A DNA stretch of 64,000 nucleotides, taken from the IMG/VR virus record IMGVR_UViG_3300050821_012144. One strand, given 5' to 3'. Shown here one piece after another: positions 48,329-56,159 of the stretch. This DNA is from an uncultured virus (IMG/VR IMGVR_UViG_3300050821_012144) (lineage: Duplodnaviria > Heunggongvirae > Uroviricota > Caudoviricetes). The notes below the pieces were generated by a model. It did not search any database and had not been told where the DNA came from. It saw only the letters and a program-made list of their open reading frames with translations. Each line of letters begins with the position of its first letter. Positions within the stretch are counted from its first letter, which is position 1. A program made the position numbers and the translations under genes.

Positions 48329-49432
48329 ATGATTTTCTCGACTAAGGTCGATAGCCAAACCGTTAATGGCTACGCTACGCGAGTCGGCCCGAGCCCCGGT
48401 ATTAATGCGTACGGTTACCGTGGACAATTCGGGTCATTTAGCGCTGCTGCATTTCAATGTCAAAACGAAGCAGGTTTCTTGATTTGTCGGCCACTGTCGA
48501 CGTTTCAAGCAAATCATGGGCTCGTACCTCAGGCTACGGCCGAAGGCAATCAAGCTGAGCAGACTGTCTACCAGATGCAACAAGCGGTCGATCAGGCACT
48601 AGCTGCTATCGCTGCAGCGCAGCAGCAGTATGGCATGGCCGATCCGGCAGCGCTTGCTGCAAAATTAGGTATCCCCGCGGGCACACCAACGCTAGGGACT
48701 TTTCCGCTACTCAACAGTGCCGCAGGCGGCTACGACGGTGTCGTCAGTGAAGGTACTCACTCTTGGACGATTCTCTGTCTCGACGTCCTAGCCAACCTGC
48801 AGCCGCTAGATGCGACCCTGCAACAGGCTATGCAGGACGGCTCGGTAACGATGATTGCCCAGATGTCACCAGAAATCCTGGCGTACTTGCAGCAAGTCAC
48901 GCCACAGATTCCTACTCTAGTCAGCCAATTCGTTGCAGGTCAACTTCCAGGCAATGAGCCTGAACTGCCACCACAAGTAAGTGCGACGGCTACTGACAGC
49001 GGTAGTGCGGCACTACCTCCACCGCCCGACGGCTCTACACCGCTGCCTATCGATTCTTCGGGTGGTGTTGATATGTCCAATATCAATACATCAACTGGAG
49101 ACGGTTCTGGGGACGGTTCTGGTGATCAATATGCAACAGATAACTACCCTGTTGGCGGGGATCAGAGTGGCGGTTACGCGCCAACCGGATATGCACCAAC
49201 CGGATATGCACCGCAAGGTGGAGGTTACGCTCCCAGTGGTGTTGCGACAAGTTATGCAGCGCCTGGTGGAGCAGCGTATGCCGCTCCAGCAACCGGCTCC
49301 TACACGTGGCTATACCTAATCGGAGGTCTAGCAGCGCTTGGCGGAGTCGTTTACGTCGTAAAGAAACGGCGTGAACAAAAGCCGGCTGCCTTTGGCCATC
49401 GGTTTGGTCGTCGTTTTTCGAGAAGGGGTTAA
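48329..49432 (+). CDS. C-tail-anchored membrane protein
   Basis: GQFG-S leader; GYAP repeats; TM then KKRR...AAFG-HRFG-RRFSRRG. Confidence 0.75.
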   Translation: MIFSTKVDSQTVNGYATRVGPSPGINAYGYRGQFGSFSAAAFQCQNEAGFLICRPLSTFQANHGLVPQATAEGNQAEQTVYQMQQAVDQALAAIAAAQQQYGMADPAALAAKLGIPAGTPTLGTFPLLNSAAGGYDGVVSEGTHSWTILCLDVLANLQPLDATLQQAMQDGSVTMIAQMSPEILAYLQQVTPQIPTLVSQFVAGQLPGNEPELPPQVSATATDSGSAALPPPPDGSTPLPIDSSGGVDMSNINTSTGDGSGDGSGDQYATDNYPVGGDQSGGYAPTGYAPTGYAPQGGGYAPSGVATSYAAPGGAAYAAPATGSYTWLYLIGGLAALGGVVYVVKKRREQKPAAFGHRFGRRFSRRG

Positions 49433-49435
49433 TCA

Positions 49436-49987
49436 ATGATATCAGCAACTCTACAAGACAGCGTCGGGTTTGGGGACGAAACTAGTAGCGGCTTTGATGC
49501 CGTTGCGGCGTGCGTTGCTGGTGGGGGTTCTGCTGCAAGCTGCGCGTCCGCAGGACCAAACGTAGCATCATCTGCATCGGGATTCAGTCCAGGCTTCGAT
49601 CCTGTAGCTGCATGTGTTGCCGGTGGAGGGTCACAAACATCTTGTACACAAGGCATAAACTTTACGCCCACTGCAAGTGGGTCAGGGTTTACTCCTGGGT
49701 TTGACCCCGTTGCGGCATGTATCGCTGGTGGAGGTTCTGCAGCTTCCTGTGGCCAGATCAATACCAGTGCAGGTGGAGCCGCAGCTACACTAGCCTCGAT
49801 GGGAATAACATCTGGAGCAACGCCAGGTATTACAACGAGTTCTACGGGAATGGTATTTGGCCTTATTGCGGCTGGGGTTGCGATAGCAGCAACTGCAGTA
49901 ATATTGATGAAGCATAATAAGCAGCAAGCGTCTCGAACGGCTGCATTTGGACGCCGTCGTCGGAGATATCCAAGGTTCTATAAATGA
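49436..49987 (+). CDS. C-tail-anchored protein with three Cys-paired repeats
   Basis: GFD.VAAC.AGGGS..SC x3; VGFG-D leader; AAFG-RRRRR tail. Confidence 0.75.
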   Translation: MISATLQDSVGFGDETSSGFDAVAACVAGGGSAASCASAGPNVASSASGFSPGFDPVAACVAGGGSQTSCTQGINFTPTASGSGFTPGFDPVAACIAGGGSAASCGQINTSAGGAAATLASMGITSGATPGITTSSTGMVFGLIAAGVAIAATAVILMKHNKQQASRTAAFGRRRRRYPRFYK

Positions 49988-50283
49988 ACGCTACCGAAAT
50001 CGTTCCACCGCCAATGCGTCGTGCGTATGATGAGCAGCGCATTTATAGTAACGTGTATGGCAACGATAGCTATTCGTATATGTATGACCCCAACGTCTAT
50101 TACGTTGGATTTGGACCGCAGGGCTTTGGCGATGCAACGGCAGCAACGACATCTCTATTTGGACTTAGCACAACCACATTGTTAGGTGGAGGGGCGATAT
50201 TAGCTATCGGTATCGGCGTGTGGATGGCTAAAAGGGCTGCTAAAAAATCGGGATTGGGTCGGCGTAGGCATAGACGACGTTAA
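49984..50283 (+). CDS. Small C-tail-anchored protein
   Basis: VGFG-PQGFG-D, TM, SGLG-RRRHRRR. Confidence 0.75.
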   Translation: MNATEIVPPPMRRAYDEQRIYSNVYGNDSYSYMYDPNVYYVGFGPQGFGDATAATTSLFGLSTTTLLGGGAILAIGIGVWMAKRAAKKSGLGRRRHRRR

Positions 50284-50363
50284 AAAGCAAAACCCGATCT
50301 TGCGACCGGGCTTTGAGTGCAGCCACCGTACGGTGACCTCATGGGCTGGGCCCAATGACTATG

Positions 50364-51656
50364 CTAGCTGTTGTAGAGCGCCTTGACTAGACCAATAATC
50401 ACGTCTGTAGCCTTATCCATGCCTTTCTTGATTGCATCGATAACATCGTCCTCAGTTGGACCTGCTGGGGGAGGCGGCGTCGGTGTTGGAGTTGGAGTCG
50501 GTGTTGGAGTTGGAGTCGGAGTTGGCGTCGGATCTGGCGTAGGCGTCGGATCTGGCGGAGTTGGCGTCGGATCTGGTGTAGGTCCCGGAGCTGGTGGCGT
50601 TGGCGCTACAGCGTTACCGCTAATCGCAGCTACCAATAAATTGCCAATCGGTGCTCCTAGGCCTGTACACGGGTCGGGCCCAACAGCGGCCTTGAACGCG
50701 CCATTATCGCCACTCGTGATATCGGTAAAGCAATTCGGGTTTGCCCAAATTGTCGCTCCGATATTAGCGCCTTTCTTAGTTCCTGCTGCAGCAGCAAGAC
50801 CAGCATACAACGGCGCAACCGCACTCGTACCGCCAATTATCTGTTGGCTACCGTGAAAGAAAATCTGATACCCTGTGTTTGGATCGGCGTCGGCAGCGAC
50901 ATCAGGCACCATACGGCCATTGTTAGGTCCCGCGGGTGCGCCTGTCATCCAGGCTGACATCTGAAACAACGTAGAATAGCCGCCACCGGTACCTTCACCG
51001 TTGCTTTGGCCAGGATTGTTATTCCAGACCGACTCAGCAGTAGAAGTCTTGTTTGTACCACCGCAGCCTATTACGTGCGGCGCCGAGGCAGGAAGGTCGA
51101 CGTTAGCTGCGCCGGGGCCGCCGTCACTGGAGTCGTTATCGCCAGCAGCCGCAAATACAATCACGCCTGCAGCATTGGCTTCCTGGGCAGCTGCTTCCAT
51201 GTCATTGGCTGCCGTTGCACCCCATTGAGCTTCATCCGCACCCCAACTGATAGAGATAACATCGCAACCGTCAGCTACCGCCTTGCGCACAGCGCTAGCG
51301 ATATCTTGTGACCAATAAACCCGGATATTAGCCGGCTGGTTCGTAGCTGCAAAGTAAGCCGCAGCAGCGACTTCGATATCGAGTGCTACTTCACCATCTG
51401 CACTATTGGGGCTAGGGTCGGGGGTATTAACAGTCGTGTCTACAGAGACATCTGTGACTGTTGGCATCGGTTGGCTGATAGATGAGAAAAAGGCTTGTAG
51501 ATCAGAGGCCACCCAGCCTCCACCAAGCTCGACAATGCCGATAACTCCGCCACCAGCTAATCCAGTAGGCCAATTATATGCAGCACAAAGCGCGGGAACT
51601 GTCCAAGAACCGTCACTCGCTGCACGCGGTTTATAATACGGTTTTATGTTTGACAT
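50364..51656 (-). CDS. S53 (sedolisin/kumamolisin-like) peptidase lacking the prodomain, with PT linker
   Basis: EVALDIE (Glu/Asp), ISISWG, AAGDN, RMVPDVA, GGTSAVAP (Ser), CTGLG. Confidence 0.85.
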   Translation of the reverse strand: MSNIKPYYKPRAASDGSWTVPALCAAYNWPTGLAGGGVIGIVELGGGWVASDLQAFFSSISQPMPTVTDVSVDTTVNTPDPSPNSADGEVALDIEVAAAAYFAATNQPANIRVYWSQDIASAVRKAVADGCDVISISWGADEAQWGATAANDMEAAAQEANAAGVIVFAAAGDNDSSDGGPGAANVDLPASAPHVIGCGGTNKTSTAESVWNNNPGQSNGEGTGGGYSTLFQMSAWMTGAPAGPNNGRMVPDVAADADPNTGYQIFFHGSQQIIGGTSAVAPLYAGLAAAAGTKKGANIGATIWANPNCFTDITSGDNGAFKAAVGPDPCTGLGAPIGNLLVAAISGNAVAPTPPAPGPTPDPTPTPPDPTPTPDPTPTPTPTPTPTPTPTPTPPPPAGPTEDDVIDAIKKGMDKATDVIIGLVKALYNS

Positions 51657-51673
51657 GCACCCATAATACCATT

Positions 51674-51689
51674 GATCGATATAACGATC
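51674..51689. promoter_or_regulatory. Degenerate palindrome GATCG-N6-CGATC
   Basis: 2 nt from TGgTATTAT (minus) before the S53 gene. Confidence 0.6.
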
Positions 51690-51701
51690 AGTGGGGTATT
51701 T

Positions 51702-51938
51702 TTACCGACTGCGCCGACGACGGCGGGGGACCTTACGCAGCTTTACAAAACTCCCGCTAGGAGTCACAGCCTTGTAGCTAGTGTGCTTACCGTTCTTTGT
51801 CGGGCATACCTGAACTCGGCCAGTAACGGCAGACTTCAATCGATAAGACTTACTGCCGATCTTGATTGTACCGGACTTAGCCGAATAGCTCTTACACTTC
51901 GTCCATGTCTTACGGTATCTACGCTTTCTTCTTGCCAT
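51702..51938 (-). CDS. Very basic small protein, candidate DNA-condensing protein
   Basis: MARRKRRYRK...PRRRRRSR; TGaTAGATT 6 nt before ATG. Confidence 0.7.
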   Translation of the reverse strand: MARRKRRYRKTWTKCKSYSAKSGTIKIGSKSYRLKSAVTGRVQVCPTKNGKHTSYKAVTPSGSFVKLRKVPRRRRRSR

Positions 51939-51991
51939 GTTTCAAATCTATCATGATAGTAGCCAGTAGTGCGTGGTAAAATACATAGACT

Positions 51992-52198
51992 ATGGCAATT
52001 AGGAAGTATCATGAGACCTACGTAGGCACTAAATGTCGAGTACGGATTTGTCGCGACTCGGATACCAAGGAATACATCGTAAAGGTTATGGTGAGAAATC
52101 GAGTCCGCGGTAGCTATTTCGCGAGCGACAAACAAGACGCACGGCAGACGGCCGCACACGAGATCCGGTGGCTGAGGAAGCATCAGCGTTGTAGTTAA
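51992..52198 (+). CDS. Small basic hypothetical protein
   Basis: TGgTAAAAT 9 nt before ATG. Confidence 0.6.
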   Translation: MAIRKYHETYVGTKCRVRICRDSDTKEYIVKVMVRNRVRGSYFASDKQDARQTAAHEIRWLRKHQRCS

Positions 52199-52213
52199 AG
52201 GGCTTTTTTTTTT

Positions 52214-52489
52214 ATGAAAAAGAAACCGATTTGGTACGAAAGCGCTAAACGACATGCCTACCAGGCTTGGGTAGGTAATAATTGCGCGGTAGCGATTTTG
52301 CCGGAGAAATATGAGTGGCGTTGGCGTGTCGGCACTGGAGATTTGACGTCTACACCTGAACCATTCGACCCTGCTAGCAGAGTAGCCAAAGAAGGTGTCG
52401 TAAAGACCCGCGAAGCAGCTAAACGTGCAGCTTTGAAGGCGGCAGCTAAGACTTGTCCAATCGGACCACGACGAAAGCGAGCCAGGTAG
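52214..52489 (+). CDS. Small basic hypothetical protein
   Basis: Ends CPIG-PRRKRAR. Confidence 0.55.
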   Translation: MKKKPIWYESAKRHAYQAWVGNNCAVAILPEKYEWRWRVGTGDLTSTPEPFDPASRVAKEGVVKTREAAKRAALKAAAKTCPIGPRRKRAR

Positions 52490-52750
52490 ATGGCAGTCGT
52501 GGTAACGCACCCGAGTTGTGCTAAAAGCTCGCGGTTTACCCGCGGTGGACTGATGGTCACGGGAGGGCTACTTATGGGAGGTGCACTAGTAGCTTTAGTG
52601 CAGGCTATGAACAATTCTGCCCGACAGCAGCAGAATCTACCGCCTTTGACCTTTTCTGAGACCCTCGGCCAAAGTCCGTTGCTGTTAATTGTGCCTCCTC
52701 TAGCCACTATACCGATAGCGCTTTGGCTAGCAGTCGACCCCCAATGTTGA
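52490..52750 (+). CDS. Small two-TM membrane protein
   Basis: Two hydrophobic helices with Cys near both termini, like 6337-6603. Confidence 0.6.
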   Translation: MAVVVTHPSCAKSSRFTRGGLMVTGGLLMGGALVALVQAMNNSARQQQNLPPLTFSETLGQSPLLLIVPPLATIPIALWLAVDPQC

Positions 52751-52962
52751 TCTTCGACGCTGCTAAACGCTATCGAGAGCTGTTCATTGAATTGCTATTT
52801 CGAAGGAAGATGGCAGAGCAGAACAACCGTGAGCTGTCTGAACACGAAGAAGCCTGGTTCGTTGAACAACTTGACGAGTGTTGGCGGTTGATGAATGAAG
52901 AACAGCAGAAAATTGCTGAGTACCTATCGATGTGGTTGTCTTCTAACGAAGAATCGCAATAG
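52744..52962 (+). CDS. Small acidic helical protein
   Basis: ATG overlaps the previous stop. Confidence 0.45.
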   Translation: MLIFDAAKRYRELFIELLFRRKMAEQNNRELSEHEEAWFVEQLDECWRLMNEEQQKIAEYLSMWLSSNEESQ

Positions 52963-52998
52963 GGTCTTGACTAGGGTCTTGGTATAGGTAAGATCTTG
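52960..52998 (+). promoter_or_regulatory. Sigma70-type promoter TTGACT-16-TAAGAT overlapped by direct repeats TAGGGTCTTG x2 and TAAGATCTTG
   Basis: Repeats at 52960, 52972 and 52989; GTG start 7 nt after the -10. Confidence 0.6.
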
Positions 52999-53001
52999 TT
53001 T

Positions 53002-53271
53002 GTGAAGACAACAAGTACAACAAGTAAGCCAACATCTAAAAAGACGAAGTCCGACGATCTGCACCATCTACATGTTGTCGTCGACGATACGCTAAAAGAC
53101 AAGTTAGAGGCACACGCCAGAAAGCTGCTTGTAGCCTCTGGCATAGCCGTCAATTCCAGGCGATACAAGATGCAAAAATTGAATTTGAGCGAAGCTGTGC
53201 GCGATCTACTCCGTGCCGGTCTTGGTATGCCGCGTACCGAAGCTGATCTAGCGGTCCTGCAAGGCCTTTAA
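53002..53271 (+). CDS. Ribbon-helix-helix-like regulator
   Basis: LHVVVDDTLKDKLEAHA...NLSEAVRDLLRAGL. Confidence 0.6.
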   Translation: MKTTSTTSKPTSKKTKSDDLHHLHVVVDDTLKDKLEAHARKLLVASGIAVNSRRYKMQKLNLSEAVRDLLRAGLGMPRTEADLAVLQGL

Positions 53272-53673
53272 CGCACGAAAGGCGTAAGTACACACAAACA
53301 TCCATGCTTCGTCCTTGATAATCGGACGAGCGTCAGAAGGCTGAGATAGAGCAGCTGCTATGCTTGCAATTGCTTCGTGGCCATCAGGCGTATTCAGGTC
53401 AGCAGGCTGGAAACCTCTGCAGCCAAAATAGTGAATAATCCTAATGATAGCTATCCCATAACCGGCTGAAATGCCTATGCGGCGTTCCTTGTTGTGATTC
53501 TCATAAGGAACTAGCACATAATCAGCAAGTGCGTCGGCAATAACGTCACCGACAGCCTTGTACACTCTAGCCGTCTCGATCGGCAGGAGATTGGTCTTTA
53601 GTCTGGCAATTGGAGATTGCGAGTCCCCGATTCTGCCACTTCTGCCACAGTCCAAAATATCGAATTTATTCAT
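53248..53673 (-). CDS. Hypothetical protein
   Basis: 3' part of the 53248-53967 ORF; start overlaps the upstream stop. Confidence 0.5.
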   Translation of the reverse strand: MNKFDILDCGRSGRIGDSQSPIARLKTNLLPIETARVYKAVGDVIADALADYVLVPYENHNKERRIGISAGYGIAIIRIIHYFGCRGFQPADLNTPDGHEAIASIAAALSQPSDARPIIKDEAWMFVCTYAFRALKALQDR

Positions 53674-54292
53674 CGTCATTTGACGCTTCGTGCGCAATAC
53701 GAGCACCTTCGTTGTCAGCCGCTTCTCGCCAGCTGCCTTCGTACGGGTCATCGTCGTCGTCGGCGTCGAACGAATGTCCACAGGCTCGGCAATGGAAATA
53801 ATCGCTACCCGACGGTCCGATAGCGTCACAAGCAGGACTAGAACAATGTGGGCACTTTGTTCCGCCTGCCTCAAGACTCGGAAGCGGTCGATCAAGCTCA
53901 CCAAGCGGTTCAGGTGCAAGAAGCTCTGGAAGAGGACGATCAAGATCGCCAAGCGGTTCAGGTGCAAGAAGTTCAGGAACGTCGATTACTGTTGAATGGT
54001 CGACGCACGGCATCGGCATCTCGGGATTATCGAGGTGCCAAACCGCATGCCCGATAGTTGGCTCAGGTCTAGGATTATAACGCTTGTCCCGACATTCACC
54101 GTTGCCTGTGGCACGAATCGCGTCAGCGATCTTCAAGATCAACTTGGGGTCGATATCGAGCACAACATCTCGATTTTTCTTGCCGTGTGGGATCGTTCCG
54201 CAGAACCGCACTTGAGATGAACCGGCTAGGCCCTGCAGATACTTATACTTTGCTTCGATGGGAAACTTACGCATTAGCGGTATACCGTCCAA
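53666..54292 (-). CDS. Hypothetical protein with 16-aa duplication and Zn ribbon
   Basis: PELLAPEPLG.LDRPL x2; CPHC...CRAC. Confidence 0.6.
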   Translation of the reverse strand: MDGIPLMRKFPIEAKYKYLQGLAGSSQVRFCGTIPHGKKNRDVVLDIDPKLILKIADAIRATGNGECRDKRYNPRPEPTIGHAVWHLDNPEMPMPCVDHSTVIDVPELLAPEPLGDLDRPLPELLAPEPLGELDRPLPSLEAGGTKCPHCSSPACDAIGPSGSDYFHCRACGHSFDADDDDDPYEGSWREAADNEGARIAHEASNDDE

Positions 54293-54528
54293 TCTTGTGC
54301 CCAGGCCAGCGCATCGTTGGCGTCACGAATAAGTTTTGTCGCTAGCTGAAGCGCGCGTGTTTGTTGTGCAATGAAGGCCTGAACCGCTGCCTGTTTAGAG
54401 TGGAAGAACCAAGTGCCGATAGCCGCCTTTGAAACCAGTTCGATATCACGTGACTCGATCACCCATTCGTCTGGACGATTCAACTGCGGCTCATGGATAA
54501 AAAGCTTGACACGATAGACTTTGGTCAT
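54274..54528 (-). CDS. Hypothetical protein
   Basis: GAGGT RBS before ATG 54528. Confidence 0.5.
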   Translation of the reverse strand: MTKVYRVKLFIHEPQLNRPDEWVIESRDIELVSKAAIGTWFFHSKQAAVQAFIAQQTRALQLATKLIRDANDALAWAQDWTVYR

Positions 54529-54539
54529 GCACTTACCTC

Positions 54540-55157
54540 TCAAGGTGTATGACGATATTCTAATTCTGGTACTTCTAGCCATTCTCGAAAGGCTCGTTTG
54601 GTAGCGTGAATACCGTCTTGAAACCCGCGCTTATACGTATCCTGTACTAATTTCTTGCCATGATTTAGCAGATCTAGCATTCTCTCTGGTGTCATCTGGC
54701 GTATATACTCTTGTATGGCGATGTCAGCAATGTGATTCAACACAGCAGGCAGGCTCAGTGATACTGCAAGCTCGAAATTATGTGCGCTCATGGCCGCTTC
54801 GATAGCGTGCTTGAGTTCTGCAGGATCGGTAGGATCGGTAGGCGGCAAAGGCTGCTGGTCGGCTTTCTTCCAAGGATGGTGAACACGATTATGTAGAGCT
54901 TTCAACAATAGGGGAAGATCCATAATAGATTCTTCAACGACAAGGGACAGCGTTCCGATACGGACATTGACGATCTTAGTCGATCCATTAGGACCGTAGA
55001 CAGTCCCCCACCACAACTCGATGTCATCGTGCTTGCCAAGCAGCACACTAGACCCCCACCACAACTCGATGTCATCGTGCTTGCCAAGCAGCACACTAGA
55101 CCCAGATGGATGTTTATCGTTGGACTCATATAGCCTTACTACAAGTTCATTGGACAT
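54540..55157 (-). CDS. Hypothetical protein with exact 16-aa tandem duplication
   Basis: SSVLLGKHDDIELWWG x2. Confidence 0.6.
   Translation of the reverse strand: MSNELVVRLYESNDKHPSGSSVLLGKHDDIELWWGSSVLLGKHDDIELWWGTVYGPNGSTKIVNVRIGTLSLVVEESIMDLPLLLKALHNRVHHPWKKADQQPLPPTDPTDPAELKHAIEAAMSAHNFELAVSLSLPAVLNHIADIAIQEYIRQMTPERMLDLLNHGKKLVQDTYKRGFQDGIHATKRAFREWLEVPELEYRHTP
55005..55100. repeat. Perfect 48-bp tandem duplication
   Basis: 55005-55052 equals 55053-55100. Confidence 0.9.
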
Positions 55158-55431
55158 CGTGAGACTCCGTCTTCAAAACTGCATCGGTATTAGCCTGTAC
55201 AGCCTGATTTACCGTCTCTTTCAGCTCCAAGTTAGTGTAGTAGTCAGGATCAAGCGGAGACGGCTCACCACGAGCCTGCATGCAGTCGTAATGTCCGCAG
55301 GCATTGCGGCACGGAAAAATATCACCGCACTTACAACATTTCTCGCGCAGCAAGCCATTACGTGACCGTTGCATAGGTTCGTAAACATGGTCGCCGTTTA
55401 GACAGCGTGGAATAGCTCTACGACGACCCAT
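55147..55431 (-). CDS. Cys/His-rich small protein
   Basis: CCKCG..FPC..ACGHYDC. Confidence 0.55.
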   Translation of the reverse strand: MGRRRAIPRCLNGDHVYEPMQRSRNGLLREKCCKCGDIFPCRNACGHYDCMQARGEPSPLDPDYYTNLELKETVNQAVQANTDAVLKTESHDVQ

Positions 55432-55659
55432 TTAATTGGCTTTCTTTGGTTGTACTGGTGGCCGGGGAATAATATCCATACGGTCTTTCTTACCCGTTAC
55501 TAGCTTTTCGAGTCTAGCGATTTCGTCGCGCATCATCTGCAGACTCAGGTCTTGTCGCGACAGGCGATACGCAATCTGGCCATACCAAACATATAGGGCG
55601 AGAAGCCCAGCATGAGCAAGTATGGCAAGGACGTATAGGGCTACAATGAAGGCGAACAT
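55432..55659 (-). CDS. Small N-terminal TM protein
   Basis: AAGGAAG RBS; hydrophobic N-terminus. Confidence 0.55.
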   Translation of the reverse strand: MFAFIVALYVLAILAHAGLLALYVWYGQIAYRLSRQDLSLQMMRDEIARLEKLVTGKKDRMDIIPRPPVQPKKAN

Positions 55660-55683
55660 TTTACTTCCTTACTTGCTGTTCAT

Positions 55684-55884
55684 CTAAGCGTTGTACGCCA
55701 GATAGTCGTCTACCTGATAGATGTTATCGACGAACAACTCCGGGTTGTGGATCTTGTGGCGGGTTGGCCCATGGTTGTAGGCGATGCTAGCAGCCGCCGA
55801 CACGAGGCTCAGCAGATATTGCTCGATAGCCGGAATTTCATGATAGTTAGAGATCAGTTGGATGAGGCTGTTGGTGTCTCGCAT
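55684..55884 (-). CDS. Hypothetical protein
   Basis: First gene of a minus-strand run. Confidence 0.4.
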   Translation of the reverse strand: MRDTNSLIQLISNYHEIPAIEQYLLSLVSAAASIAYNHGPTRHKIHNPELFVDNIYQVDDYLAYNA

Positions 55885-56159
55885 GACGGTATAACGTCTT
55901 GTTGGAGGTTTTATTTCTTACGAACACCAAAAAATCTAGGCGCGGGAACCCGATTTCCTCCTATAGCATAATTTTTATTTCGTTGTCGATCGAATACATT
56001 TATAGTTGATGTTTCGTCTACTTCCAGAACGCATCACAAAATACTCTCGACAAGTGAAATAGGATTGTGGTACCAAACGTCTTGCATCTACAACAAGGGC
56101 CATACAGGGCAAATTCAACAACCAAAACGCCAACGGCCTGATTTTCATCTTTCAAGGAA

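Noticed and set aside
50470..50600. Repetitive DNA as a non-coding repeat element
   Set aside because: It encodes the Pro-Thr linker of the S53 peptidase
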